NCBI RefSeq assembly: GCF_001194135.2
Contig: NC_068995.1
Coordinates: 39,899,922-39,940,679 of the forward strand
From: Octopus bimaculoides
Taxonomy: Eukaryota
Reading direction: 5' to 3'
DNA: 40,758 nucleotides
How positions within the stretch are numbered: position 1 is the first letter of the stretch; every line of letters begins with the position of its first letter. Under the pieces are notes generated by a model. The model had not been told where the DNA came from. It was given only the letters and a program-made list of their open reading frames with translations, and ran no database searches. Positions 21,268-33,411 of the stretch are shown in pieces. A program made the translations under genes and the position numbers.

Positions 21268-22264
21268 NNNNNNNNNNNNNNNNNNNNNNNNNNNNNNNNN
21301 NNNNNNNNNNNNNNNNNNNNNNNNNNNNNNNNNNNNNNNNNNNNNNNNNNNNNNNNNNNNNNNNNNNNNNNNNNNNNNNNNNNNNNNNNNNNNNNNNNNN
21401 NNNNNNNNNNNNNNNNNNNNNNNNNNNNNNNNNNNNNNNNNNNNNNNNNNNNNNNNNNNNNNNNNNNNNNNNNNNNNNNNNNNNNNNNNNNNNNNNNNNN
21501 NNNNNNNNNNNNNNNNNNNNNNNNNNNNNNNNNNNNNNNNNNNNNNNNNNNNNNNNNNNNNNNNNNNNNNNNNNNNNNNNNNNNNNNNNNNNNNNNNNNN
21601 NNNNNNNNNNNNNNNNNNNNNNNNNNNNNNNNNNNNNNNNNNNNNNNNNNNNNNNNNNNNNNNNNNNNNNNNNNNNNNNNNNNNNNNNNNNNNNNNNNNN
21701 NNNNNNNNNNNNNNNNNNNNNNNNNNNNNNNNNNNNNNNNNNNNNNNNNNNNNNNNNNNNNNNNNNNNNNNNNNNNNNNNNNNNNNNNNNNNNNNNNNNN
21801 NNNNNNNNNNNNNNNNNNNNNNNNNNNNNNNNNNNNNNNNNNNNNNNNNNNNNNNNNNNNNNNNNNNNNNNNNNNNNNNNNNNNNNNNNNNNNNNNNNNN
21901 NNNNNNNNNNNNNNNNNNNNNNNNNNNNNNNNNNNNNNNNNNNNNNNNNNNNNNNNNNNNNNNNNNNNNNNNNNNNNNNNNNNNNNNNNNNNNNNNNNNN
22001 NNNNNNNNNNNNNNNNNNNNNNNNNNNNNNNNNNNNNNNNNNNNNNNNNNNNNNNNNNNNNNNNNNNNNNNNNNNNNNNNNNNNNNNNNNNNNNNNNNNN
22101 NNNNNNNNNNNNNNNNNNNNNNNNNNNNNNNNNNNNNNNNNNNNNNNNNNNNNNNNNNNNNNNNNNNNNNNNNNNNNNNNNNNNNNNNNNNNNNNNNNNN
22201 NNNNNNNNNNNNNNNNNNNNNNNNNNNNNNNNNNNNNNNNNNNNNNNNNNNNNNNNNNNNNNNN

Positions 22265-22344
<80 letters not shown>

Positions 22345-22348
<4 letters not shown>

Positions 22349-22760
22349 AGCAATAGAGGTAACAGTGGCATGTAAGAGGCTCTTACTCATGATGTCTGGA
22401 AGTCTAGATTTTCACAGTAGAGGTAACTTGTCGATGGCACTCCAGGCTTTACCAATGCAGATGTTTGCATCGCTTTCGCAGCTAGAGATTTTGCTACGTA
22501 GAAAAGTAGATTCTACCGCACAGTTGAGAGTTGTGCCAGATACGGTTTTCATTGATCTATTTTGATTTAAGCTGATGTCTTCTGTTTTGTCGAGTTGAAA
22601 TGGAGACCGATACTTTTGGCTGAGTGTTCAAAACTATAGAATAGGTTTTCTGCTTGGCTTATTAGATCGGAAAGTAGTACATAGTCTGCATCTATAATCC
22701 TTTATTACCCCTTCGTGGATGTAGTATGTATCTTTAGGATGAAGTATGTGTTCTAGGGGC
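22345..22760 (-). mobile_element. RTE-group LINE RT C-terminal fragment
   Basis: IIDADYVLLSDLISQAENLFYSFEHSAKSIGLHFNSTK..LNQNRSMKTVSGTTL..TFLRSKISSCESDANICIGKAWSAIDKL..KSRL. This is decayed DADYADDLALL..GLxxNxxKT..YLGSxI..DxxIRIGKAW. Confidence 0.8.
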
Positions 22761-23084
22761 ATAAGACCAAAAAAAAAAACGGTTACAAATATACCGCCGG
22801 CATTGACCTGTAATCCTCGTACTTGCAGCACCAACTGGCTTCTTTACAATTTGTTTGCGGTACTCAAATGTCACATTCGACATGAGTATTATGACTGACA
22901 AAGAAAATGCGGGTTTCCGGATCCTTATACGTCCGAACCGATGGAAGAGTTCATCCTATATGCGTGTGTGCGTGTGTGTATGTTTCTATACACCACACAC
23001 TCCAAACATAATTATATAGTAAAAAGTATACATTTATATCTATCAATCTGTCAATCTTTCTGTCTGCCTGTCTATCTACCTGCA

Positions 23085-23098
23085 TATCTATCTATCTC

Positions 23099-23160
<62 letters not shown>

Positions 23161-23210
23161 AAGCTAGCTAGATGGCTAGCTAGATAGCTAGCTAGATGGC
23201 TAGCTAGCTA
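23085..23210. repeat. (TATC)n grading into a (GCTAGCTAGAT[G/A])n 12-mer array
   Basis: Visible. Confidence 0.85.
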
Positions 23211-23334
23211 CACACAGAAGCAGACTGGGTTATGTTAATCTACGTGAAATTCTAAGCTCAACAGTAGCAGTTGTATATCTAGTGATACACACATGATATA
23301 ATACGTCTGCACACTTACAATACAGTCATCAATC

Positions 23335-23440
23335 CATCCATCCATCCAGCCAGCCAGCCAGCCATCCATCCATCCATCCATCCATCCATCCATACATACA
23401 TACATACATACATACATACATACATACATACATGCATACG
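23335..23440. repeat. (TCCA)/(GCCA)/(TACA) compound microsatellite
   Basis: Visible. Confidence 0.9.
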
Positions 23441-23964
23441 TAGTTCATTAAGACAGTGAGAGCGACGAAAATGAATCAAAATTATGAACAAACCAACCAT
23501 TAGCGCTGAAAATTCTTCCATTTTCTGCTAATAGGATCCAACTTGTCATCATAAACAATGATATATTGCTGGTTGATTCATCTTGAATGGTTATAAAAAC
23601 AGACACGTGACGTCTGCTAACGAGAATCATCAGTTAGATTTGACATAAGGTAACTTAGTGATGTTTCGCTTATTTTATTTTGCTCGTGCACAAAAGACTT
23701 AGTTTATAGAAACTTACACACACACTTATACACGCACACAGAGATACACACGCACACACACATACACACACACACATATTCTCTCTCTATTCCTCTGTCA
23801 TATGCAGACACGCATACAGTGACACACACAAACACCCATGCACGTACCCAAATATACACAAATATACACGTTTACATGTATACGATCATATTCATGTATA
23901 TTTCTATCATCGTCAGTGAAGCAATAAATGAATACAAAATGTATTTCCATATATATACCGTTAA

Positions 23965-24135
23965 CTTGTTTCAGACATTTGACTGTAGCCATGCAAGAGC
24001 ACCACCTTAATGAGATTTTCTTTTTGGTCAACAAATCGACGCAAGAGCTTATTTAAAAAAAGATCTAGTACTTATTTTATCGATGACTTTTCACGAACCG
24101 TTATATTACGGGTACATAACGCCAGTTTTCAAGCG
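23965..24135 (-). mobile_element. SINE family A, 3' fragment
   Basis: cttgtttcagacatttgactgtagccatgc..gcaccacctt..ctagtacttattttatcg..gaaccgtta. Confidence 0.7.
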
Positions 24136-24502
24136 CTTGTGGGACACACACATAAACACATACATTTGTACTTACTTATATACATATACATACATACATT
24201 CATGCATACTGTTATGTCTCAAGCTACTGTTATCTAGCACCTTCGGATGATCTCTACTCAACTGCTACTCAACTATTCCTCGTCAGCTACTCAACAGTCA
24301 CTCAACAGCCCTACCGCGGCTAGACTACCGTGGTAGCCCTACCACCCAAGCCTCTATTTATATGTCTTGGGTGATCTTACTTCTTCGCTTGGAGGCGTCG
24401 ACACAACACATACATACTTATATACATACATACACGCACACACACGCACGCATAGACAGATATGTACACGACGAGCTTCTTTCAGTTTCCGTNNNNNNNN
24501 NN

Positions 24503-24535
<33 letters not shown>

Positions 24536-24584
24536 CTTATATACATACATACACGCACACACACGCACGCATAGACAGATATGT

Positions 24585-24735
24585 ACACGACGAGCTTCTT
24601 TCAGTTTCCGTCTACTAAATCAACTCACAAGGTTTTGGTCGGCCCGAGGCTATAGTAGAAAACACTTGTTCAAGGAGCCATACAGTGAAGCTGATCCCGA
24701 AAGTATGTGGTTAGGAAGCAAACATTTTAGCACAC
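24585..24735 (-). mobile_element. SINE family A, 5' half
   Basis: gagcttctttcagtttccgtctactaaatcaactcacaagg..ggcccgaggctatagtagaaaacacttg..atgtggttaggaagcaa. Confidence 0.8.
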
Positions 24736-24894
24736 AGCGAACCCTATCGGAATGTATCTATTATATTAGAGTTATGAAATACCGATATACAACGAAATAT
24801 AGAAATAAAGATAAAATAATAACGATGTGCCGTATATAAGTACAAGAAACAGAAAATAAAATAAGATATAATTACGAAAAAAAAAAATTCAACA

Positions 24895-25025
24895 GTGATG
24901 CACAGACCATCTCATCCGTATGGATAATGAGCGTATGATGTCCAACGAAACACTTCATGGTGAGCTTATGCTGGGAAACAGAGAAGTTAGTAGGCTGAAG
25001 AAAAGATACAAAATCTCTTTAGAAT
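24895..25025 (+). mobile_element. RTE/BovB-type LINE 3' fragment
   Basis: HLIRMDNERMMSNETLHGELMLGNREVSRLKKRYK resembles RWxGHVxRMxDxRxPKQLLYGELxxGxRxxGRPKKRYKD. Confidence 0.7.
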
Positions 25026-25222
25026 CAAATCGATTTCTGTAACGTAAATGGTACTTATTTTATCGACTTCGGGGACGAATGATAGACAAAAATCAGCAAA
25101 TGTGGGGTTTGAATTAAGATATTTTAAGTAAGAGTAGAACAAAAATTACAGTAAAAAATATCGACTGTCGACTTTGTAATCCAACGCACTTTGGGGGATA
25201 TTTGTTTCCTTCTACTATTGAT

Positions 25223-25603
25223 GGGTGGAAGCGCAATGGCCCAGTGGTTAGGGCAGCGGACTCGCGGTCATAGGATCGCGGTTTCGATTCCCAGACTGGG
25301 CATTGTGAGTGTTTATTGAGGGAAAACCCCTAAAGCTCCACGAGGCTCCGGCAGGGGATGGTGGCGAACCCTACTGTACTCTTTCACCACAACTTTCTCT
25401 CACTCTTACTTCCTGTTTCTGTTGTGCCTCTAATTCAAAGAGTCAGCTTTGTCACACTGCGTCACGCTGAATCTCCCCGAGGGTACACGTGTCTGTGGAG
25501 TGCTCAGCCACTTGCACGTTAATTTCACAAGCAGGCTGTTCCGTTGATCGGATCAACTGGAACCCTCGACGTCGTAAGCGACGGAGTGCCAACAACAACA
25601 AAC
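25223..25603 (+). mobile_element. tRNA-derived SINE, family C, apparently full length with (AAC)n tail
   Basis: A-box TGGCCCAGTGG (25237), B-box-like GGTTTCGATTCCC, body ending gtcgtaagcgacggagtgcc followed by aacaacaac. Confidence 0.85.
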
Positions 25604-26944
25604 TATTGATGGAGAACAAGCCGGAAGAAAAACCACAAAGCATTTTGTCCGCTGTGGTAATGATTCTACCAGCTTGCCTCCTTTTCTATTATTTATTATA
25701 TTCACTTTAAACAGGAGCACAGGTCATCCATATTTGTTTTTTGGCGGTGATGTTTGTAGTCAACGAAGGTCGACTACAGTCTTAGAATAATGTTTACCTT
25801 ATCAACACCGGATGTATGAAAGCTAAATTTGACCATGGCAAGATTCGCAATCAGAACGAAAACAGACGTAAGAAAAAATTGCAGAGCATTTTCTTCATCT
25901 GTTTATTGAATTTGTCGTACATCATGTTTTTTGGAATATCAAAAGTAAATTTTAAACGAAAATTTACCTGCTATTGTTTATAGCATTATTAGCTTCGAGA
26001 TTCCACTGAATTATTTCATGTTCTCTTGAAGCTTGTAAATCCTTATGGCGTCAAAAATATACAGTTCTCACTGGTAAGAATAACGTTTCTAAAATGGATA
26101 GAGGTTTCCGAAGATTTCATCAGACCAACGGTCGAGTTCTTGTCATGCACCCAGTAAATCTGGGTTCTAGTCGTACAAGTACCCTTCGACTTATTTTATC
26201 CAAAGTTTTTTCAACTCCATTTTTACACAGCTATTATTCATGGCTTTATTTGCTTCGAGATCCATGCCACCTCCCCAAAAAGAATTACATAAATTTATTA
26301 TGAAATTAAAATTTAAAGATAGAGTATTTTTATTAACAAGAAAACATTAAAAAAATCTTTTCATGTTTTTGGAAGTTTTCATGTTTTCAAATCGTAAACA
26401 ATTTGAGTGAATTCGTTTTCGCCATCCATAAAAATAAAGGAAAACAATGTATGTCATAACACGAACTTCGAGATTGTAAAATATATTTTAATGAGATCGT
26501 ATTTTTAATTTCTTGCGTTAATGAAACAAAATAATGGTCTGTTAGTTAGCTGGCTTCATTGATATTTTAAGCTGAAGAGTTCGGAAATAATGGATATTGT
26601 TGAAGATTAAAATAACTTTGCAAGCAACGCTGCAGGTCGTGATTGAAAAGCTTCTCGCTCAGATATGCGTCCATAAAATGATGATAATGGCGTACCGTAC
26701 CATTAGTTTCATGGCAAGGGGGGAAATACTAAAAATAAAAACAAAAACAAAATCAAAAACAAAATCCAAGCCTGATTGGCATCCTGCCTGATTTAAGTAT
26801 TTTATTTGTATTTATTATAATTAATGGATGAGATGCAGAGGAGTGGAGAGTAAGGAAGATAAAGAGATGAAGGATAGAGACAGGAGTGAAGACAGCAAAT
26901 CAGAGGAGCAAGAAGAGAGGAGAAAAAGAAATAGAAATGATTAT

Positions 26945-27155
26945 TAGTTTCAAATTTTAGCACAAGGCCATCACATTTCAGGGGAAGGGATAAGTCGATA
27001 AACATTGACCCTAATGTCCAACGGACACTTATTTTATTGACCCTCGAAAGGATGACGGGCGGAATTTAAACGCAAAACGTAAAGACGGACGAAATGCCGC
27101 TAAGCATTTTATACCCGGTGAAGTCAACGATTTTGCCAGTTTGCCGCCTAAATAG
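26945..27155 (-). mobile_element. SINE family B
   Basis: tttcaaattttagcacaaggcc..aacgtaaagacggacgaaatgccgctaagcatttt..ttgccagtttgccgcct. Confidence 0.8.
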
Positions 27156-28104
27156 AAATGATTATATAATTCACAACGCCGAAACCCACTTTAGTCTAAG
27201 CGATTCACTGCTGAAAACGGTGGTAGTATTATATACTTGACGAGTGATTTGGATTTAAGTGGAAATTCATTTATTTAGTGTCAGGATATTCCCTTGACTG
27301 AAGTCCTAGTTAATGAGTCTCTCATTCTCTTAATGATACAGCAACCTGAAATAGAGTTTGTAGAGGAGTTAGGTTATACAAAAGAAGTGACAGAGACAAA
27401 CTGCATTGTATGTGTTATACAATGCAGCAAAGATATGTCTGTCGATCTAATTTAATTATTGCCTAAAGTACATTGGGGACTCAGTTCGTGTGGTAGTGAT
27501 TTATTGTAATTTCAACCTTGTTCCTTTCCAGGACAACCAACTTATCATCAGGGATTCATGGAAACCGTTTTTGCCTTGGTATTGAGACATTGTCGTACTG
27601 CCTCCGATTGAAACCGACGGAATAATGCGTACACATCGAAGTGATCCACAAAGAGCGCAAGAGTGAACGTGCTGGAAACCCGGTACCATCAATAGCATTT
27701 ATCACTTATAAATCTGTTAGCTGAGGTCGTTTAGTAATTGATTTTGTGTCCAAGCCACACTACATACATTTATGCAAGTAAACCTCATTAGTGATATACT
27801 GAATAGAGAATACATAGATTTCAGTACATTCAGGCAAACCAAGGAGCTTGGCTTGTGAATTCTCTAAGCATTGTATATGCTAATTTGATTCATGCGAAAC
27901 TCCTCACTTCATAGGAGTATTTCAACAAGTATTTGTAGACTTCTATATGGTCGTCTCATTTTGTTGGAGACCATTTAGTCTATTGGCTGCCGCGTTTCTG
28001 ATGAATTGATCGAAGCCTTCTTTATATTTATATTTCTTAATCGTTTTGTGACACAAGCACCATCAACATTAACCTGGACAAGACCTGGCGTCCGACAGTG
28101 AGAC

Positions 28105-28195
28105 ACGTCTCAACATCCTCCTCTTTTGCCAAGTTGCTAAGTTACGGATACGCAAGACAATACCAGATGTCAAACGGGAGCAAACACAGACACGC
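28105..28195 (-). mobile_element. SINE family A internal fragment
   Basis: ctcttttgccaagttgctaagttacgg..atgtcaaacgg matches the middle of family A. Confidence 0.55.
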
Positions 28196-28384
28196 ACACA
28201 CACACATATATATATAATTGATGACAAACTCAACAAACACTGCGGATTTCCTGATGTAGATCCAGTGAAAATTATATCATAAGTGTGGATGACATTAGGT
28301 AGCGCAAGTGGTGAATGTGCTTTAATCGATATGCTAATAAACACGTACCCAGACTCCAAATAGTTACATATCACTCACAACGCA

Positions 28385-28550
28385 TTAGGGCCACTGTTGA
28401 AGGTCTTTGTTGGTACTTATTTTTTCGACCCCGAAAATATGAAAAGGAAAGGCGATCTCGGTGGAATTTGAAATCAGAACGTAAAGACGGACGAAATTCC
28501 GCTGAAGATTTTGTTGAGCATGCTAACCATTCTACTAGCTCGCCGCCCTG
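28385..28550 (-). mobile_element. SINE family B
   Basis: tggtacttatttttcgacccc..ctcggtggaatttgaaatcagaacgtaaagacggacgaaattccgc..ctagctcgccgccct. Confidence 0.8.
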
Positions 28551-28679
28551 CACAATAATAATGATGGAATCAGTTGTCAAAGACCATGTATCAGCGTTCA
28601 TATTTTGCTGAACGACATGCACTAACGATTTGTTTCTGGTGATCAAATGTTCGTACCGCGCATTAGCTCACTATTTCCT

Positions 28680-28850
28680 TCAAACCAGTGTTGTCTGAAC
28701 ATGTACAGTGTACCACGCATCAGGTGTTGAAGTGATCGCAGAGCAACATGAGAGGAAGTGTTTTATTCAAAACAACAAAGTTTCGACCAAGTCTAAGAAT
28801 TGAAATCAAGATCTAGCGATCGTGAGCGCAACATCTAACCAATAAGCCAA
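28680..28850 (-). mobile_element. SINE family D-like 5' part
   Basis: Reverse complement tggcttattggttagatgttgcgctcacgatcg..ttgaataaaacacttcctctcatgttgctctgcgatcacttc. Confidence 0.6.
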
Positions 28851-28884
28851 TAATAATGGGCTACTGCAAATATTTTGCTAAATA

Positions 28885-29300
28885 CCACAGATTTGCTTGT
28901 CAGTTGTTTCACCTTAACTAGTTGAGCATGTTCCTTAGTGGCTGACGATATGTGCATCTCTGATTACGAGCAGAAGTAGTGGGGGAGCACCATAGCCATG
29001 TGTTGAGAGGAATTCTTTGAGGTTTGAATAATTCACCTCTGGAAACATAGGTGATTAGTTCAACATCCTTAAACCTTTTGAACGGGATGCGCTACTCGAC
29101 CTGAAGAAAATTCTAACTGAGCCCCACCTGCAAGGTCATGCGCTGTTTATATTGATATGAGATCACCATGTCGCACAAATATGGTTGCGATGCATGTGTC
29201 TGGTGTATTCCTATCGGAAGGGTAGTCATGATGGGTACGCTGGGATTCGTATATTTTACCCCAGTGTCACTTTCATGGCATGCACTGCTCTCTCACTCAA
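28885..29300 (+). mobile_element. Interspersed repeat ending in a simple-repeat tail; probably the 3' end of a non-LTR element
   Basis: Complex, GC-richer block ending ..gcactgctctctcactcaa directly before (GAA)n. I recognise it as a high-copy octopus repeat but cannot verify the family. Confidence 0.5.
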
Positions 29301-29393
29301 GAAGAAGAAGAAGAAGAAGAAGAAGAAGAAGAAGAAGAAGAAGAAGAAGAAGAAGAAGAAGAAGAAGAAGAAGAAGAAGAAGAAGAAGAAGAA
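29299..29393. repeat. Perfect (AAG)n, about 31 units
   Basis: Visible; source of the poly-K and poly-R pseudo-ORFs. Confidence 0.95.
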
Positions 29394-29566
29394 TGATTTC
29401 AAATTTCGGCACAAGGCCAGCAATTTGGGGAGTGGCGATAAGTCGATTACATCTAGCTCAGTGCTTAACTGGCACTTATTTCATCGAACCCCAAAGGTGA
29501 AATTTGAAATCAGAACGTATAGACGAATGAAATACTGCTAAGCATTTTGCCCGGCGTGCTAACGAT
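29394..29566 (-). mobile_element. SINE family B
   Basis: gatttcaaatttcggcacaaggccagcaattt..aagtcgattacatc..gctaagcattttgcccggcgtgctaacgat. Confidence 0.85.
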
Positions 29567-29569
29567 AAA

Positions 29570-29797
29570 TAATAATAATCCTTTCTGCTATACGCACAAG
29601 GCCTGATATTTTGGGAGCTGGGGAAAGCCGATTAAATCGACCCCAGTGGTCGATGTAATCAAATGGTATTTATCTAATCGAACCTGAACGGATGAAAGGC
29701 AAAGTGCACGTGGGCAGAATTTGAACTGAAAATGTGCAGAGCTGGAAGAAATACTGCAAGCATTTCTTCCGACGCTCATACCAGCTCGCTGCCTTAG
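29570..29797 (-). mobile_element. SINE family B
   Basis: gcacaaggcctgatattttggg..atcgaccccagtg..gatgaaaggcaaag..gaatttgaact..ccagctcgctgcctta. Confidence 0.8.
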
Positions 29798-29871
29798 ATG
29801 ATGATGATGATGATGATGATAATAATAATAATAATAATAATCATAATAATAATAATAATAATAATAATAAT
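29798..29871. repeat. (GAT)n/(AAT)n compound microsatellite
   Basis: Visible. Confidence 0.95.
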
Positions 29872-30439
29872 ATGCCTACGATTATGACAGAGAGTACTGG
29901 TATTATTGTTACTATTCTCCCATCAAGTGAACTTCCTGTAAACACACAAATCAATGAACGAGAGCCATTCTTCGATCTGTCATCTGCCAGCTATTAATTT
30001 AACAGTCTTCAATCGATTCAACAACCCTCACTCACATACACACATTCATATACATACACCGATTCACACGTGAATGCGTGCTCATAAACGTGCTCACAAA
30101 CACACATTCATACCTACTAACAAGCACACACACACACACACGCGCACACAACCACACACATACACACACACACATATTCACACGCACACGCGCACAGAAA
30201 AATAGACACAAAAACACAGAGTCGTGTTTTATATTTTCCTTCTAATAGCGGCAAATAAAATAAACGCGAATCAGTCAAAACAAATTACTTGATACTTGAC
30301 AGATGCTTAAAGAAGAAGGCAAACTGTTCACATTGATTACATTAACAATGTCTAGTGACCGCTCCGAAACAACGGCGGTTGTAAAGACAGACGACAATTC
30401 TTTAAAGTTTACAACTACAACGGTAATTANNNNNNNNNN

Positions 30440-30493
<54 letters not shown>

Positions 30494-30583
30494 TACAAAT
30501 GATATGTGAGCATATGCATATATACATAAATATATGTACATACCTACATCTACATGTATATTTAGATGCACATCCGGGTACAG

Positions 30584-30667
30584 GACGTCAAAAAAAACGT
30601 GGACAAAAAAGCAACGGGAACATAAACAAAGCCACATATCGAACTTTTCCTTCATCAGCTGCCTCTA
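30584..30667 (-). repeat. Short interspersed repeat shared with 6576-6663
   Basis: Reverse complement tagaggcagctgatgaaggaaaagttcgatatgtggc..ccgttg..ttttgacgtc. Confidence 0.7.
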
Positions 30668-31904
30668 TTCTAAACTAGGCGTTTCAAAGATGAGGCAGAA
30701 CGTGCTCTTAGAATAGCTCTTCCCGCGAAGCAAATTAAGTGAAACCTGCTATGCGTAGGATTCCAAAGTAGCAAACAGAAACCAACACAGGGGAAAACAA
30801 ACGTTGAGGTATGTTAGGCCGAACGAGATGAGATACTGAACACTGTGATGTGACGAACTTGAGCAGAGAGAGATAGCAGTTCGTGTTGCCTTTATGCTGG
30901 CCGAATGGAGAAAGGAAGAACTGACCACAGGTCACGTGTGAACAACGAGGAGTGGTAGAGAGAGGAAAAGGGAGGAAGTTGAACATAGGTGAGCGACGAG
31001 AGACAAGGAGGAAGGGTAAGAGAGAGATATAGCAGTGAAGAGGAGAAGCAAGGACAACAGAAGGAAGATATACATATATCGCCTTGAATCATTGCCCAAA
31101 CCATTCTGACAGTAAATGTGGAGAGGGAAAAGAGCAAGCAGTTTTTCCAATACGTTTATAGACTGACAACCTCAAACAAGGGATTGGAAACAAGAGCCTG
31201 GCTAATTGTATGCACCCTGCACATGACAGAAGGATCTTGAGTGTTGGCAAGCCGGCTTCTAGATATACTGTGAGCATCTGACTGTTGATTCTGATAAATA
31301 TAACTAGAACATCGTCAAGAGATACAAACCAATAACAATAACAGCAATAGGGGATCTCTGTATAGTCGATGAATCAGATAGAAACAAAACCAAATCTCCT
31401 TCAAATAACACATTGCCCTGCCGTCAAAAAAAAGAAAGAATGAAGGGTGCTTGGATAATGTAATCTTGAAGAAAAGATGAGGATGCCTTGTTCGTAGGTA
31501 TTTCTCGGTTCGGAACTGATGTAAGATTAAACAAGAGTAAGAGTAACAACAGCAATAGTGACATCAATATTGCTAGTTATTTGCAACACCAGTGAAAGAT
31601 GAGAAACTGTTTTTCTATTCATCAGGACAGAAGAAATTTGGCAAGTATATTTGAGAACAGATACATGCTGAAACCATGTGATCTACCAGTTCCACCGCTG
31701 ATGCTCGACATTTTCTTTTTGTCTTCTACTGAAATTCTGTGCTTTTTAGCACTATACGTCTACATGAGATGCTTTCTCGGGATGACTATCCCAGTTTTAT
31801 GGTGTTCTTAAAGTATATCCACCTTAGGTTAGATTTAATGATTATTGTTCAGTACTAATACTGCTTCGATTGCTTATAACTAATATATTCTTTTATTCTT
31901 TTGC

Positions 31905-32223
31905 ACGTTTTAGTCATTTTACTGCGGCCATGCAGTAAAGTCGACCCCAGGACTTACTCTAACGGTCTCTTTTGCCGAACCGTTAAGTTTCGGGGAGATA
32001 CCAACAGCGGTTGTCAAGCGACGATGTTGGAACAAACACTGACACACACACACACTCACACTAACACACACATATATTCTTTTAGTTTCCGTCTAGCAAA
32101 TCAACTCACAAGGCTTTGGTCAGCCCAAGGTTATAGTAGAAGACACTTGCCGAAGGTGAAACGCAGTGCGACTGATCCTGGAACCATGTAGCTGTGAAGC
32201 AAGCTGCTTTCTACACAGCCACG
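31905..32223 (-). mobile_element. SINE family A, near full length with an internal deletion
   Basis: actgcggccatgc..gtcgaccccaggactta..ctcttttgccgaacc..cacaaggctttggtc..gacacttgcc..ggaaccatgt..ctacacagcca. Confidence 0.85.
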
Positions 32224-32297
32224 TCTTGTGGGTTTAAAAGGCTGCCATTGGTTTCATGCCTAAATCAATGGTAGATTTATTAAAGCACAAGCAAAGG

Positions 32298-32339
<42 letters not shown>

Positions 32340-32599
32340 NNNNNNNNNNNNNNNNNNNNNNNNNNNNNNNNNNNNNNNNNNNNNNNNNNNNNNNNNNNNN
32401 NNNNNNNNNNNNNNNNNNNNNNNNNNNNNNNNNNNNNNNNNNNNNNNNNNNNNNNNNNNNNNNNNNNNNNNNNNNNNNNNNNNNNNNNNNNNNNNNNNNN
32501 NNNNNNNNNNNNNNNNNNNNNNNNNNNNNNNNNNNNNNNNNNNNNNNNNNNNNNNNNNNNNNNNNNNNNNNNNNNNNNNNNNNNNNNNNNNNNNTAACT

Positions 32600-33207
32600 A
32601 TGTGTGTACATCTATACACATGTATTGAAAACACCAAGAATAATCCTAACGTCATTTAATCCTTTGCAAAAACACATAGGTCCACAGTTTCCTCTATCGG
32701 CCCACTGGTTGACGGAAACGACATCTTTCACAGTGATGCCAAAGTTTGGCAAGATCCTGCAAGTCAATACTACTCTGTCTTCGGTGACCCTGATTTAGTT
32801 GATTCAAGCAGTTTTGCTTCTGTGAATCCTCAACATGTCCTTTCCGGCATAACCTTTGACGCCAAATCAAACCTGATTCAGCCGTGGGTCCGGACAGGTT
32901 CCCTTCTAGAGTGCTGTAGGAATGCAGACAGCAACTTGCAGCTCCTCTTGCAAATTTCTGGAGTAAATCACTGGATGTCGGTTTTATCCCTCAAAACCTT
33001 CTCTCCCAGTCAGTCGTTCCTATCTTTAAAAAGGGGAATAAATCGTAAACTACCTCCAATCCCACTCACCTCACATATCAAAGTATTTGAGAGAGTGTTG
33101 AGATAAAAAATAACAGCCTTCTTGGAACAAAATCATCTCCTAAATTGCAACCAGCATAGCTTTCGTAGTGGGAGGGACTGTCTAACACAGATCTTCCACC
33201 ACTTTGA
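32600..33207 (+). mobile_element. CR1-group LINE ORF2 fragment (EN-RT linker into RT N-terminus)
   Basis: SSIGPLVDGNDIFHSDAK..ILQSQYYSVFGDP..IPLTSHIKVFERVLR*KITAFLEQNHLLNCNQHSFRSGRDCLTQIFHHFDDIL. This matches RPISLTS..FERV..NQHGFRxGRSCLTQL. Confidence 0.85.
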
Positions 33208-33279
33208 TGACATCTTACATATATATACATGCATATTTATATGTATAAACATGTATGTATATATATATATGTGTGTGCC

Positions 33280-33411
33280 CACGTATGTATGTATGTATGT
33301 ATGTATGCATGTAAGTAGGCAGGGAGGTAGGTAATTAGGTAGGTAGGTAGGTAGGTAGGTAGGTATGTAGGTAGGTAGGTAGGTAGGTAGGTAGGTAGGT
33401 AGGTAGGTAGG
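33280..33411. repeat. (GTAT)n then (GTAG)n microsatellite
   Basis: Visible. Confidence 0.95.

Noticed and set aside
24410-24610. Exact duplication of about 80 bp on both sides of a 10-N gap
   Set aside because: Identical sequence flanking a minimal placeholder gap is the signature of unmerged overlapping contig ends, not biology.
25223-25300. tRNA-like sequence with A and B boxes (also 9625-9680)
   Set aside because: It continues directly into a SINE body and lacks a complete cloverleaf and a T-run terminator, so it is a SINE head rather than a tRNA gene.
26065-26130. Minus-strand CTGATGA ... GAAACGTT
   Set aside because: No credible helix II and only wobble pairs for helix I.
29168-29541. 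Poly-Arg and poly-Lys ORFs
   Set aside because: These are translations of the (AAG)n tract between two retroposon ends.
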